Counted from the stretch's first letter, positions 19,933 through 30,691 are shown. The stretch: 64,000 nucleotides of DNA from Candidatus Gottesmanbacteria bacterium (GCA_963714095.1 OY970230.1:895907-959906); one strand, 5' to 3'. Translations and numbers: made by a program. The notes: a model not told the origin generated them from the sequence alone.

Positions 19933-20096
19933 GCCCGGTGACTTGAAGCATTTTTCCCGATCTATTCAATCGGATGGACTGGCTTGATACCCACAGGTAG
20001 CATGCACTTAGTCCTGTCGCCCCGTAATAATTAAGGGGCTACCTCATTTATGTTGAACTTGTAGAGAAAAATTAAACTTCAAGTTCTCACACGGGC
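19933..20096 (-). ncRNA. ssrS: Probable 6S RNA
   Basis: 164-nt rod: GCCCG/CGGGC and ACTTGAAG/CTTCAAGT outer stem, central bubble, inner AGGTAGC/GCTACCT stem; upstream TTGACA-18-TACCAT. Confidence 0.65.
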
Positions 20097-20128
20097 ATAA
20101 TAATGGTAAATCGGGGAGAAGGCGTTTG

Positions 20129-20752
20129 TCAAGTTTGAGGATTTCGCAGTTCCACAAAAGAGGTAATTGCCCCTTTCGTAAGGGTGATGACGGTTTTTTT
20201 ATATGAGGCGATGATATGATCGATAAATGTTGCAGATTCCTCTGGCGTTAATCCGAGTTTTTGTGCATCTTGCTCAAGAACCCATGCGTCAAGATTGAAT
20301 GTTCCTATCCCGTCAGACAGTATTCTATTCGTATCAAGCGTTTTATCAGAGATGTAATTAATAGTTGCGGCAACCGGAGCGTGATCGCCGATGTAATGTA
20401 ATACAGTTCCTTCTGCACTCATTACTTTTTTCAGCCGACTTTCTTCCGAAACAGATTCCATTGCTCCTACAGATCCCGGATCTGTTTCAACTGTATTATT
20501 ATATCCGCAGTGTACATGTCCATCGCGGGGTATGCCGGCTTTTTTTATGGTTTCCCACGCTTGTTTTTCAGATAGGTGCCGAATTTGTTTGAGAGCATCG
20601 ACTTCCCCCCAGGTAGCACCTTGGATTTGCGGGCCGTAGGTTTGAGGATTAGTACGCCGGTCATCTATACACCGACGTTTCGTTAGGTCTGCCGGAAATA
20701 AATATTTTTCAAAATCGGTATTCATAAGTGATTCTTTTTTATTTTTATTCAT
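20129..20752 (-). CDS. Carbonic anhydrase-like protein (CDCA/beta-like); start may be 20725
   Basis: RCIDDR...QGATWG...HVHCGY gives a Cys/His/Cys metal-ligand pattern. Confidence 0.5.
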   Translation of the reverse strand: MNKNKKESLMNTDFEKYLFPADLTKRRCIDDRRTNPQTYGPQIQGATWGEVDALKQIRHLSEKQAWETIKKAGIPRDGHVHCGYNNTVETDPGSVGAMESVSEESRLKKVMSAEGTVLHYIGDHAPVAATINYISDKTLDTNRILSDGIGTFNLDAWVLEQDAQKLGLTPEESATFIDHIIASYKKTVITLTKGAITSFVELRNPQT

Positions 20753-20826
20753 TTTTTAAAAAACAAAAAACGACTATGTGTCGCTCCGGACATACTATAA
20801 CAAAATATGGGTCTTAAAACAACGGG

Positions 20827-21459
20827 TCAGGCCGGAATGAGGAAATTCGAAATCCAATTAATCACCGGTGAGATAATGCGGATGATCGGGGCCGTTCCGC
20901 CGAAGATAGGGAGAAGGAGAATTATTAAAAATATAATACCGAAGCGCTCCAGCTCATGCCATTCGCGCGCCTGTGCTTCGGGGAGTAGCCCTTCGACGAT
21001 TTTAAATCCATCCAGAGGATGAATGGGCACAAGATTAAAAATTGCCAACATAATATTGTAAAACACGATAGTTCCAAGGAGTACTCCTGCAATCGCGAAC
21101 GGTCCTGTGCCGGATAGGGCCGGTAGTCGTAAAATGATTGAGCAAATAATTGCAAGAAGTATATTGGATATCGGCCCGGCAATAGAAATAAGAGCAGAGT
21201 CGCGGCGGGGATTCCGGAGGTTAAAGGGATCAAACTGCACGGGGCGCCCCCATCCGAAGCCTATAAGGACTATAAGGATAGTTCCTATAGGGTCAAGGTG
21301 TGCTAAAGGGTTGAGGGTCAAACGGCCTTGTAGACGTGGTGTAGGGTCTCCCAGATGCTCTGCAGTCCACGCATGGGAGAATTCGTGAATATCGATAGCC
21401 ACAAGAAGCGCTACTAAGCTAAATATAAAATCCAGCAGGTTGAAAGGAGACCCTAACAT
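20827..21459 (-). CDS. Site-2 protease (peptidase M50)
   Basis: HEFSH, AGPISN and FNLVPIHPLDG. Confidence 0.93.
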   Translation of the reverse strand: MLGSPFNLLDFIFSLVALLVAIDIHEFSHAWTAEHLGDPTPRLQGRLTLNPLAHLDPIGTILIVLIGFGWGRPVQFDPFNLRNPRRDSALISIAGPISNILLAIICSIILRLPALSGTGPFAIAGVLLGTIVFYNIMLAIFNLVPIHPLDGFKIVEGLLPEAQAREWHELERFGIIFLIILLLPIFGGTAPIIRIISPVINWISNFLIPA

Positions 21460-21478
21460 ATGATATAGTATAACCCTT

Positions 21479-21727
21479 ATGGCTTATCAATGCGACATTT
21501 GTTCCAAAAAGACCCATGCAGGGAGGCAGCACACCCATCACACAGGTGTTGCCGGCGGACAGTGGAAAAAGAGAGCGCAGACTACGTTTCGGGATTTCGC
21601 GCCGAATTTACACTACGTGACCATGACAATTGACGGCGCTGCGACGCGTGTTCGTGCCTGCACCAATTGTATAAAGAGAGCCCGCTTCGACCTCAAGAAA
21701 ACCGCCACGAAAACCGCTACGGTGTAA
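21479..21727 (+). CDS. rpmB: 50S ribosomal protein L28
   Basis: CDICSK...RDFAPNLH...RACTNCIK. Confidence 0.9.
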   Translation: MAYQCDICSKKTHAGRQHTHHTGVAGGQWKKRAQTTFRDFAPNLHYVTMTIDGAATRVRACTNCIKRARFDLKKTATKTATV

Positions 21728-21733
21728 AAAACC

Positions 21734-22021
21734 TTATTGAGCCGGGGTTGTAGTGGGTGTAACCGCGCCGCAGAAGAACGCAAGACAGCCGGTTGTTGCA
21801 TCCCGTTTATATATCCAGCCGGTCGCGCAGTCTTCAGCCCGGGGGAGTGACACCTCGGGGCACGCAAGCCCTGCACGTGACCGGATATCAAATGTGAGGC
21901 GGGTCATTGCAGTAAGGACAACAACCAGAAGAATAAATGCGAGTGTCAGGAAGATAATAAAATTCCATGATCTGAGATCGTTTTTTTTCAGCCCCGCCCC
22001 GCGCACTGTTTTTTTTGCCAT
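21734..22021 (-). CDS. Small membrane protein
   Basis: One TM helix, 4-Cys outer segment, SD GGAGG. Confidence 0.65.
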   Translation of the reverse strand: MAKKTVRGAGLKKNDLRSWNFIIFLTLAFILLVVVLTAMTRLTFDIRSRAGLACPEVSLPRAEDCATGWIYKRDATTGCLAFFCGAVTPTTTPAQ

Positions 22022-22063
22022 ATCGCCTCCGTACTCTTACGGTAATTGAGGACGCTTTGGCTG

Positions 22064-22939
22064 TCAAGAGGCTAAATAGGCTTTTTGAAATTGTTCCCAC
22101 GAAACCGGTTTTTTCCCTTCCAATTGAACGATTGTCGGCAGTGTGGTAAATCCGAGAATTTTTAACCGCTTTCCGTTATATGTTGTCCAAATACCGGGCC
22201 ATGGATCAAAGGCGCGGAATTTTCTCTTTATTCGCTGAATCTCGTGAGGATCCGTAATTTTTTTCCATGGCTCAAACCCATCATCACGCGTCAAACGTCT
22301 GGCGTAGGGGGCGCCGTTTATGTGTTGCGGATTTCCTTTTATTTTTTCTGACAAAATATCCGGCAATGTTTTAATGAGTATGTCCGCGCCCATCGTAAAA
22401 AGTTTCGAGCGGAGCGGCCCGGTTGTGTCCGTATCAGTTATGTTGAGTTTTTGTTGTGCAAGTATCAGACCGCGGTCAAATGTCCCGGACAGCCGTACAA
22501 GAGTGACACCGGTCTGGTGATCACCTGAATATATTGCCCACGGCACGGGATCGGCGCCTCTCCAGCGCGGGAGGAGTGACGGGTGGACGTTGATTCCGCC
22601 GTGCGTTGCAGCGTCAATGACGGGGGCGGGAATTTTCTGGCCGTAGCAGGCGCTCACAAGTAAATCTGCTTTCATGGGTGCGAGCGTATCAATAACCGTA
22701 TGCTCATCGTCATAGAGCCATGGTTTTGTTTTTTTTGCAGGAAAGGACAGCACGGTTATATTTTGATGTTTTGCCCAAAGTTCAACAGGAGTCGAAGTTA
22801 AAATCTGTTTTCTTCCCACCGGTTTTGGCGGCTGTGTTACGACGGCAGCGATTATGACCGGATTGCTTACCGCAAGTTTCGACAGTACAAAAACGGAATC
22901 TGATGTTGATCCGAAAAATACGACGCGTGCGGGGTTCAT
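22064..22939 (-). CDS. fmt: Methionyl-tRNA formyltransferase
   Basis: VVTQPPKPVGR and INVHPSLLPRWRGADP. Confidence 0.95.
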   Translation of the reverse strand: MNPARVVFFGSTSDSVFVLSKLAVSNPVIIAAVVTQPPKPVGRKQILTSTPVELWAKHQNITVLSFPAKKTKPWLYDDEHTVIDTLAPMKADLLVSACYGQKIPAPVIDAATHGGINVHPSLLPRWRGADPVPWAIYSGDHQTGVTLVRLSGTFDRGLILAQQKLNITDTDTTGPLRSKLFTMGADILIKTLPDILSEKIKGNPQHINGAPYARRLTRDDGFEPWKKITDPHEIQRIKRKFRAFDPWPGIWTTYNGKRLKILGFTTLPTIVQLEGKKPVSWEQFQKAYLAS

Positions 22940-22940
22940 A

Positions 22941-23486
22941 TTACGTTATCGTTACTTCTTCCAATATTTCCTTCTTGTTTTCGTCGAGAGCGGACTGGTA
23001 CAGTTTTCCTTTTTGTTCTAACACCCGTTGGACGAAAAGAATGCCGTTGGTATGGTCGGTTTCGTGCTGGATAATGGTAGCCAAAAATCCGGTAAACTGT
23101 TCTTCGTGCGGCGCACCTGTTTCATCCTGATACCGGAGTGTCAGCTGTCCGGCCCGTTTCACGCGACCCCAGATTTTCGGAATAGACAAACACCCCTCCA
23201 ATTTATTGTCCCGTTGGGGAACGCCGTCGGTGAGGCCCCCGGACTTTGCAATGATCTCCGGATTAATAAATATTCGGATATTACTCTTTTCTGTTGGACG
23301 GGTTACGAAGATGCGCCATGGTTCTCCGATTTGCGGCGCGGCCAGCCCCACGCCTTTAGGATTTACAGCAGCGCGAAGCGTTGCTTTCATATCCCGGATG
23401 AGTCTGGTCAGCCGTTTGTCAAATGATGTGACTGTTTTGGCCGGGATCGATAGTACAGGATTTGGCGTAGCGATGATTGCCTTCAT
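22941..23486 (-). CDS. def: Peptide deformylase
   Basis: GVGLAAPQIG, EGCLS, QHETDH. Confidence 0.97.
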   Translation of the reverse strand: MKAIIATPNPVLSIPAKTVTSFDKRLTRLIRDMKATLRAAVNPKGVGLAAPQIGEPWRIFVTRPTEKSNIRIFINPEIIAKSGGLTDGVPQRDNKLEGCLSIPKIWGRVKRAGQLTLRYQDETGAPHEEQFTGFLATIIQHETDHTNGILFVQRVLEQKGKLYQSALDENKKEILEEVTIT

Positions 23487-25645
23487 AACTGTTTTAGGCG
23501 GTCCTGGAAGTCTTTATCGTTCGGGTCTACGTGATTCAGATAATATTGAAGCTGGGCGCGTGCTGCATCAGGCTGCCTCATTTCCGTATAAAAGACGTAC
23601 AGACCAAAATATGCGTCGCGGTAGTCAGATTTCAGTGCTTCAGCTTGTTTTAAGAGTTGTACTGCCTTATCATTATCTGCCTGCCGGCCGTAGAGAATTG
23701 CAAGATTATACACAATTTTGGGGTCATTGGGGGAGAGGGTTTGGGCCATTTCAAGCGCGCTGATGGCTGCCTGGTTAAGCGCAGGGTCAAATGCGGAGAA
23801 TGTGTAATAGAGTTTTGTGCGGGTTTTCCAGAAGTTGACGTTTTTGGGAGACGTGCGGATTGAAATATCACTCTCTGCCAGGCTTTGCTTGGCGAGCGTT
23901 GCCGCCAATGTTGCGTTTTTGGCATCCACCGCGGCAACTGCCAGAGACCCCAGCGTGGTGGCTAGTTCATCGTGGTATACGGGCTCACCCGGATTGAGGG
24001 AAATTGCCGCTACGTCTGCCGTTTCCGCCTGGGCAAACTGGTTGGCGCGTGCCAGCCGATACCCCGTTGCGTATAAGGTGTCCGCCTGCCAGTAGCGGTA
24101 CAGCATCACAATCGCTGCGATTGTGGCACCTGCGATAATCCAGCGGAGGGTTACATCCAGTTTTTTGAGAGCCGCAAGATTAAAATTCCGAGAAGAGGCG
24201 CTGCGCGCGAGTACAAGAGTAAGAGCAGGGAACAGGAAAAAGAAAAGCTGTATAACGACGACCGAAAATCCGAAGAAGTTTGTAATAAGGATAGACACCC
24301 AGCCGGCAAATAATGCCAGGGACACTCTTTTATGTTCAGAGGTGTTTTGTATTTGAGATTTGATGAACCAAAAAATGTAGACGGCGATGATGGCCAGATA
24401 GCTTCCGAGGCCAAAGAGGCCGGTTGTTGCCAAATAGTTCAGGTATTCGTTGTGGGCTTTGTTATAGAGGAAATCCCATTCGCTGGTCATGTTGTGTCCG
24501 GCCGGCCGGTATTGGTAGAAGGCAAACGCGAACGTTTCCGTGCCGGTGCCGATAAGCATATTTTTGGTGCTCCCGCGCCACGCAGAAACGGCGGCCTGCC
24601 AGACATAACTGCGGATGATGCCGGAATCGGTGCCTCCTGTTTCAAGTGCAGTGCCCGCAGGCGTTAGTTGCGGCTTTGGGGCAGTGCCCTGTGTATGGGT
24701 AAACCGGGCGCGCCAACCCTGGAACGTCAGCCATTTGTCTATCTGGTCCACGTAGACGCCGTTGAAAAAGACGATGATTGCAAAAATTGCGTGCAGAGCA
24801 ATAAGCGGAAGAATAATATTTTTTTTCTCTTTTGTCCGGAGCCAGACGATCCCCCAGAACAGGATGTCTGCAACAGCCAGCCCCAGAAGTCCGGAACGGG
24901 AACGCGTATAGAGGGTCACGAGAAAAAAGAGGACGGCCGTTGCCGCTCCGAATACCAGTTTAAGGACCTGCATCGTGGTTGCCCGCGCAATATTGGAGAT
25001 GAAAAAATACAATGAAAGGGGAAAAAGAGCGACCAAAAATGCAGCAAGCCAGTTCGGCTGGCCCAGGGTGGAGAACACCCGGGATTGCACGTCCTGGACC
25101 CACAGGTTTTTGTCGATACCGAAATGTTCGGCAACGCCGTACAGGGCCACGACCGCGGCTGTAATGAGGACGCTATTGAGTATTTTTTTGACCGGAACGG
25201 ATAAAGGTACGACTGCGGCTGCTGCCGCGTTTGCTTTTTTCTTTACGGAGCCCGCCACGAGAGTAATTTGTTCTCCGAATTGTGCGATGAACGCATAGTA
25301 GAGGACAACGTAGGCAAGTATGGACCACATGCCGCCGTTGAAACGGGAATAATACCCGAACCACGACACGTGCGGATCCATGGAAAAGAGTGTGCTAACC
25401 AGCTGGGACGCGACAAAAAGGGCGATAGGAATATCGAGCGGCGTCTTAGGGATTCGGATTTCGCCGTCGGCGAGCATCTGAATGCACCACGAGCCGAAAA
25501 TGATCGCCGTGAGGCCGTAAGTGACAACCATTTTATTATATTCAAACAACTCGTAGTTCCACGGGGTAAGAATGAGAGGAACGAGGATAAATAATAAATA
25601 AAAGCTAGTCCGGATAACCCGGCTGCACCACGTGCTCACGTTCAT
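23483..25645 (-). CDS. O-antigen ligase family membrane protein with C-terminal TPR repeats
   Basis: STLGQPNWLA, TRSRSG, IGTG, KAHNEYL motifs; TPR-like helices. Confidence 0.85.
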   Translation of the reverse strand: MNVSTWCSRVIRTSFYLLFILVPLILTPWNYELFEYNKMVVTYGLTAIIFGSWCIQMLADGEIRIPKTPLDIPIALFVASQLVSTLFSMDPHVSWFGYYSRFNGGMWSILAYVVLYYAFIAQFGEQITLVAGSVKKKANAAAAAVVPLSVPVKKILNSVLITAAVVALYGVAEHFGIDKNLWVQDVQSRVFSTLGQPNWLAAFLVALFPLSLYFFISNIARATTMQVLKLVFGAATAVLFFLVTLYTRSRSGLLGLAVADILFWGIVWLRTKEKKNIILPLIALHAIFAIIVFFNGVYVDQIDKWLTFQGWRARFTHTQGTAPKPQLTPAGTALETGGTDSGIIRSYVWQAAVSAWRGSTKNMLIGTGTETFAFAFYQYRPAGHNMTSEWDFLYNKAHNEYLNYLATTGLFGLGSYLAIIAVYIFWFIKSQIQNTSEHKRVSLALFAGWVSILITNFFGFSVVVIQLFFFLFPALTLVLARSASSRNFNLAALKKLDVTLRWIIAGATIAAIVMLYRYWQADTLYATGYRLARANQFAQAETADVAAISLNPGEPVYHDELATTLGSLAVAAVDAKNATLAATLAKQSLAESDISIRTSPKNVNFWKTRTKLYYTFSAFDPALNQAAISALEMAQTLSPNDPKIVYNLAILYGRQADNDKAVQLLKQAEALKSDYRDAYFGLYVFYTEMRQPDAARAQLQYYLNHVDPNDKDFQDRLKQL

Positions 25646-25733
25646 GGAGTTAAGTATAGCATATTGTTGTTAAGACAGAATCATGATAGTTGACAATTAT
25701 ACAATTATGACCTATAATTCACTTTTCAAACAT

Positions 25734-26711
25734 ATGACGATATTATCTGAATCACAACCTGGGCGTGGGCCGCAACCACCTGCATTAGGTAAGGAAATCG
25801 AGTTGTCACGCCCGGAAATTGCAAAAACGTTAGCTTTTGCACAGAAAAAATACGATTTTCAACAGTATCTTTCTCCTGATGTTGAAACCGGCTTGAATTT
25901 GTCTACAGCTTTGGCCGCGATGCACGCGATTGATGCCAAAGGTCAGCAAAGTGGATGGAAGTATGAGGATTTGCTAGCAGCGCTTCCGGTTACCAGAGTT
26001 GCACTGACGACCGCAGGATTTGCACATGCGGAGAGCGGATTACATGCGTTATTGACAGGGACTACAGGGGAACTTGGGGACATAGTGGGGAAAATTTTGC
26101 CCCAAGACGCTCCGAAAGGAATTAAAGGGATGGCTCAAATGATGCTTTGGGTAAATACAGCGGATAATATGCGCGTGGTCGCGGGGTTATTGATTGATGA
26201 AAAACAAATAGAACGAAGACTGTTGCGTTTAACAAAGCTTCAACAAAATCTATTATCGGATCCCGGGAAAACACGGGCATTACTGGATGTATTAAATGGT
26301 GAGTACACCCCGCCTAAAACACTCGGTCGGACCGGACTTCCGAAGGAAGCAGAAAAACATCTTCAAAAAGTATCTCCTTTTTCATTAGAAGACATGATTC
26401 ATATAAGCAATTTGTTCACCTCCGTTGAATGGAGGCGAAACTCTGCTATTCAGGTGGAGACACAACGTTTATGGATTGAGACAGAGTTAAAAAGATTGGA
26501 AGCCGCAGGAATAAACATTGCTAAGCTCTTTACATTAGGGACAGAAAGTGTAGTAAAAAATACGTTGTTAATTGCTGGTGGGACAGTGGGAGGAGTGGTA
26601 GGAGGGGTTATTTTGGGAGGTGAAAGAGGGGCAGGTATCGTAGGAGACGCAATTAATACCGCAAAAGAGCATTGGGATGAAAGAAAAGCTGTAAAGGCAG
26701 GGACTACTTAA
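25734..26711 (+). CDS. Hypothetical protein with C-terminal Gly-zipper-like segment
   Basis: Long ORF; consensus promoter TTGACA-17-TATAAT at 25690-25718. Confidence 0.6.
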   Translation: MTILSESQPGRGPQPPALGKEIELSRPEIAKTLAFAQKKYDFQQYLSPDVETGLNLSTALAAMHAIDAKGQQSGWKYEDLLAALPVTRVALTTAGFAHAESGLHALLTGTTGELGDIVGKILPQDAPKGIKGMAQMMLWVNTADNMRVVAGLLIDEKQIERRLLRLTKLQQNLLSDPGKTRALLDVLNGEYTPPKTLGRTGLPKEAEKHLQKVSPFSLEDMIHISNLFTSVEWRRNSAIQVETQRLWIETELKRLEAAGINIAKLFTLGTESVVKNTLLIAGGTVGGVVGGVILGGERGAGIVGDAINTAKEHWDERKAVKAGTT

Positions 26712-26756
26712 ATATATCCGGTATCAAACGGATAATTTGATTCCACGATTGCATTT

Positions 26757-27242
26757 TTACCTCATCGGGTTTATTTTTCCGGGTGGATTATTTAATGCGT
26801 CCTCTATGTGCCATCGGAGAATTTCCGTAAGAGTATCCTGCTTTGCCATAGAAAGATCTTTTATTTTTTGTTCTTTTTGAAATATTTCTGCCTTTGCATT
26901 TCCTAATAGTCTCCCGGTAATTTGATGGCCTTTTTCTTTATCAAAAGCCCAAATGAAGGATTTGAACTCATCGAGTTGTCTTGATAGTTCCTCCGGTGTT
27001 TCGGTCTCCTCTTTTCCATTTGCAAAATTGTGTTCAATAATAAGACCTGCCGTACGAGCCATTGAACCAACAAGACTAGTGTACTCGTGGTCTTCTTTCG
27101 AATCATATATAACGTGAGATCTCACTCTCCCTGCTCGCGTATGAACTTCATGAATTTTGATGACTATTTCTGCATCTATCCCTGGTGGAAATTCAAATGC
27201 AACATAATTTCCTGTTCTTTGTATAATATCGGGTTTGCCCAT
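26757..27242 (-). CDS. Hypothetical protein
   Basis: 161-aa ORF with TATAAT 8 nt before ATG. Confidence 0.6.
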   Translation of the reverse strand: MGKPDIIQRTGNYVAFEFPPGIDAEIVIKIHEVHTRAGRVRSHVIYDSKEDHEYTSLVGSMARTAGLIIEHNFANGKEETETPEELSRQLDEFKSFIWAFDKEKGHQITGRLLGNAKAEIFQKEQKIKDLSMAKQDTLTEILRWHIEDALNNPPGKINPMR

Positions 27243-27294
27243 ACGCGCATATTATACCAATCGGGTGCAACTTTTGTGTTAGAATAACTTTACA

Positions 27295-28350
27295 ATGCTT
27301 GATTGGTTATTCGGGCTTCTTTCGCATGATTTAGGGATAGATCTTGGAACGGCGAATACACTGGTGTATGTGCGCGGCAAAGGGATCGTTATCCGTGAGC
27401 CGTCCGTCGTGGCACGGCACAAAAAAACGAAACAAATTGTCGCTATCGGTTCGGAGGCAAAAAAAATGCTCGGGAAAACTCCCACGACCATTGAAGCGTT
27501 TCGTCCTCTCAAAGACGGCGTGATTGCGGATTTCGACGCGGCAGCGGCAATGCTTAAATATTATATACAACTTGTTCACCAGCAACCCGTGCATGCATTT
27601 TTGCCTAAAATTCCGCGTCCGAAGGTGGTTATCGGCATTCCCTCAGGTGTCACGGAAGTCGAGCGTAGGGCCGTCCAGGAGGCAGCCATTATGGCCGGCG
27701 CGCGTGAAGCATATCTTATTGAAGAGCCCATGGCTGCGGCAATCGGCGCTGGACTGCCGATTGAGGAGACTAACGGAAGCTTTGTCTGCGATATCGGCGG
27801 GGGAACCAGTGAAATTGCAGTGTTATCCCTGGGCGGTATTGTCGTAAACCGTAGTATCCGCATTGCCGGTGACGAAATGGATGAGGCGATCGTGAACTTT
27901 ATGCGATTAAAATATTCGCTTTTGATAGGCGAACAGACGGCGGAAGATATTAAAATTGCCGTGGGCAGCGCCTATCCGGTTGATAAAACTGAGCGCCAAA
28001 CGGTTGTACGGGGGCGGGATATTGAAACGGGTTTACCGAAATCCATCCGTGTGAATGAGTCGGAAATACGCGAGACACTTTCCTCCGTTATTCACGAAAT
28101 TGTGGAGGGGATTGCCGAAACCGTCGAAGAAACGCCGCCGGAACTTATCGGCGATATTATGGAACACGGGATCGTTTTGGCCGGGGGAGGATCGCTTTTG
28201 CGGGGCATTGATAAGCTTATCGCCATGGAGGTGAAAATGCCGGTATGGATTACTGATGACCCCCAGACGGCGGTCGTGCGCGGCTGCGGAAAACTATTAG
28301 ACGACGAAGCGCTTCTCCGCAAAGTCAAAGTCGCTGCACGGAAGATATGA
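27295..28350 (+). CDS. mreB: Rod shape-determining protein MreB
   Basis: GIDLGTANTLV, IEEPMAAAIG, DIGGGTSE, LAGGGSLL. Confidence 0.97.
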   Translation: MLDWLFGLLSHDLGIDLGTANTLVYVRGKGIVIREPSVVARHKKTKQIVAIGSEAKKMLGKTPTTIEAFRPLKDGVIADFDAAAAMLKYYIQLVHQQPVHAFLPKIPRPKVVIGIPSGVTEVERRAVQEAAIMAGAREAYLIEEPMAAAIGAGLPIEETNGSFVCDIGGGTSEIAVLSLGGIVVNRSIRIAGDEMDEAIVNFMRLKYSLLIGEQTAEDIKIAVGSAYPVDKTERQTVVRGRDIETGLPKSIRVNESEIRETLSSVIHEIVEGIAETVEETPPELIGDIMEHGIVLAGGGSLLRGIDKLIAMEVKMPVWITDDPQTAVVRGCGKLLDDEALLRKVKVAARKI

Positions 28351-28865
28351 AATTGACCACCGCAACGATAATTTCCAGAATATTTGATCCGTTTATTATG
28401 CTTGCGGTAATGTTTGCGATGCTGCTTTCTCACACGGTAGCATTCATTCCGGCGTTTGTCAGTATGGTTATCGTGCCTTTTGTGTTATTTGTTATCGCCG
28501 TGAAAACAAAATTTGTCAGTAATTGGGATTTGAGTGACCGGACAGAGCGGCCGAAAATTATGTGGCCGTTGGTTGTGATAGAGGGCGTGTGTATAGTTTT
28601 ATTTCATCTTTGGCCTCTTCTACCGATTTTTTTTGCGATCATTGGATTTGCAATTATTACGCATTTTTGGAAAATATCCGGTCATGCGATGGCAGCGGGA
28701 CTCGCGACCGGCGTTTGTGTGATTACCTACGGTTGGGTGTGGTGGCCGGTGTTACTCATCGTTCCGCTTGTGGGGTGGTCCCGCGTTGTCCGTAAAAACC
28801 ATACACTGTTGCAGGTTATTGCAGGAGCCATCTACGCCTGGGCTATTGTTTTCATATTTTTATGA
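28347..28865 (+). CDS. Membrane protein, PAP2-like
   Basis: KISGH...WSRVVRKNHT..QV..G motifs. Confidence 0.65.
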   Translation: MKLTTATIISRIFDPFIMLAVMFAMLLSHTVAFIPAFVSMVIVPFVLFVIAVKTKFVSNWDLSDRTERPKIMWPLVVIEGVCIVLFHLWPLLPIFFAIIGFAIITHFWKISGHAMAAGLATGVCVITYGWVWWPVLLIVPLVGWSRVVRKNHTLLQVIAGAIYAWAIVFIFL

Positions 28866-30688
28866 AACTTGGTAAAGCGTTTTCCGATAATGTGTCCGTG
28901 ACTGACAGGACGGCGACACGCATGCCGCGGGTACACGGCGGTAGTTGGTGGCTCGGTGCCGGCCGTGCGCTCATATTTGCAACAATCTTATTTGTTGCAT
29001 TTTTCATTCTTCTGTGGCGGTTATTTGATCTGACGATTATTCAGGGACACGCATTCCGGACGCTCGCGGATAACAACCGGACACGGGAACTTATCATCCA
29101 TGCGCCGCGGGGTATATTGTATGACAGGACGGGAAAACCGCTGGTTGCAAACATTCCGCAATATCGGCTTGTCGGCAATACGACAAAAATAATTTCCAAA
29201 GAAGAAGGAGATCAATTGGCAAAATCCGGACTGCCGCCGGGCACCTTTTTGGAGGTTGACTGGCGCCGGCAATACCTCTACGCCGACAGTCTGAGTCAGG
29301 TAACGGGGTATACAGGGGAACTGACGGACAGCGAGTTAAAGGACGAATATTATCAACTCAGGGAGTATCATGCAGGGGATAAAATCGGCAGAGCCGGAGC
29401 AGAGGCGTATTATGAAGACAAATTGCGCGGTCAGGACGGGAAAGAGCTCGTGGAAGTGGATGCGACAGGCAAAATACTCCGCATTTTAGGCCGCCAGGAA
29501 GCAATTCCCGGTGAAGATATAACTCTTTCGGTGGATGCAGCACTTTCCGAAACCGCGGCCCATGCGTTTCCGCCTGGAGAAAAAGGTGCCATCGTTATTA
29601 CCAAGCCGGAAACCGGAGAGGTACTTGCGCTCTATTCGGCGCCGGCATTTGACGCAAATAAATTTTCAGCGGGAATATCAACAGGTGAATATAATAGTTT
29701 ATTAAATGACCCGGACCGCCCGATGTTTGACAGAGCAATCAGTGGGACGTATCCGCCGGGTTCGACGTTTAAAATAGTTTTGGCAATCGGAGGGCTCCAG
29801 GAAGGATTGGTGAAACCCGACACGATTGTGGATGACAACGGAACCATTGTCCTTGGTCCGTTCACATTTTCAAACTGGTATTTTACCCAATACGGTAAAA
29901 CCGAAGGGCCGGTGGATATTGTGAAAGCCCTACAGCGGAGTAATGATATATTTTTCTACAAAGTCGGTGAAATGCTCGGGATTACAAAGATTGCAAAATG
30001 GGCGCGTATCGTGGGGTTAGGGAAGACATTGGGCATTGAACTGCCCGGAGAAGCGACGGGACTGGTGCCTGACCCGGCCTGGAAAGCGGCGACGTTTAAT
30101 ACGCCGTCTGATTTGGCTGCCCATAATGACGAGTGGTATCTGGGGGACACGTATCACGTAGCCATCGGTCAGGGATATTTGCTTACGACACCGCTTCAGG
30201 TGAACGCGTGGACCAATATTATTGCAGACGGGGGAAAGTTGTGCCGCCCAACCATCGCAAAGGTAACGGGCGGAAACGGCGACTGTAAAAATATTAATCT
30301 TTCGCCGGAGACGGTGAAACTTATTTCAACAGGATTGGAAGAAGCGTGTGCTACAGGCGGCACAGGGTGGCCGCTTTTCAATTTCGGCATCAAGCTTGAC
30401 GCGCGCGGGGTAGCTACATCATCGGGAACATTTACGAGTATTCCCGTTGCCTGCAAAACCGGTACGGCGGAATTCGGTGACCCGAAGGACCGGACGCATG
30501 CGTGGTTTACCACTTTTGCGCCGGTGCCGCCCGATGACGTGGCAGCCCAAGGGAGTACCCCATCAGCCCATTTGCTTACGGGAAATCCTGAACTTTCCAT
30601 TACGGTACTTGTTGAGGGCGCGGGCGAAGGCAGTAATGTCGCAGCTCCGGTTGCAAAAACGATTCTCACAGATTGGTTCAGCCGGTAG
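28862..30688 (+). CDS. mrdA: Penicillin-binding protein 2
   Basis: APRGILYDR, YPPGSTFK (SxxK), SND, KTGTAE. Confidence 0.9.
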   Translation: MKLGKAFSDNVSVTDRTATRMPRVHGGSWWLGAGRALIFATILFVAFFILLWRLFDLTIIQGHAFRTLADNNRTRELIIHAPRGILYDRTGKPLVANIPQYRLVGNTTKIISKEEGDQLAKSGLPPGTFLEVDWRRQYLYADSLSQVTGYTGELTDSELKDEYYQLREYHAGDKIGRAGAEAYYEDKLRGQDGKELVEVDATGKILRILGRQEAIPGEDITLSVDAALSETAAHAFPPGEKGAIVITKPETGEVLALYSAPAFDANKFSAGISTGEYNSLLNDPDRPMFDRAISGTYPPGSTFKIVLAIGGLQEGLVKPDTIVDDNGTIVLGPFTFSNWYFTQYGKTEGPVDIVKALQRSNDIFFYKVGEMLGITKIAKWARIVGLGKTLGIELPGEATGLVPDPAWKAATFNTPSDLAAHNDEWYLGDTYHVAIGQGYLLTTPLQVNAWTNIIADGGKLCRPTIAKVTGGNGDCKNINLSPETVKLISTGLEEACATGGTGWPLFNFGIKLDARGVATSSGTFTSIPVACKTGTAEFGDPKDRTHAWFTTFAPVPPDDVAAQGSTPSAHLLTGNPELSITVLVEGAGEGSNVAAPVAKTILTDWFSR

Positions 30689-30691
30689 CCT

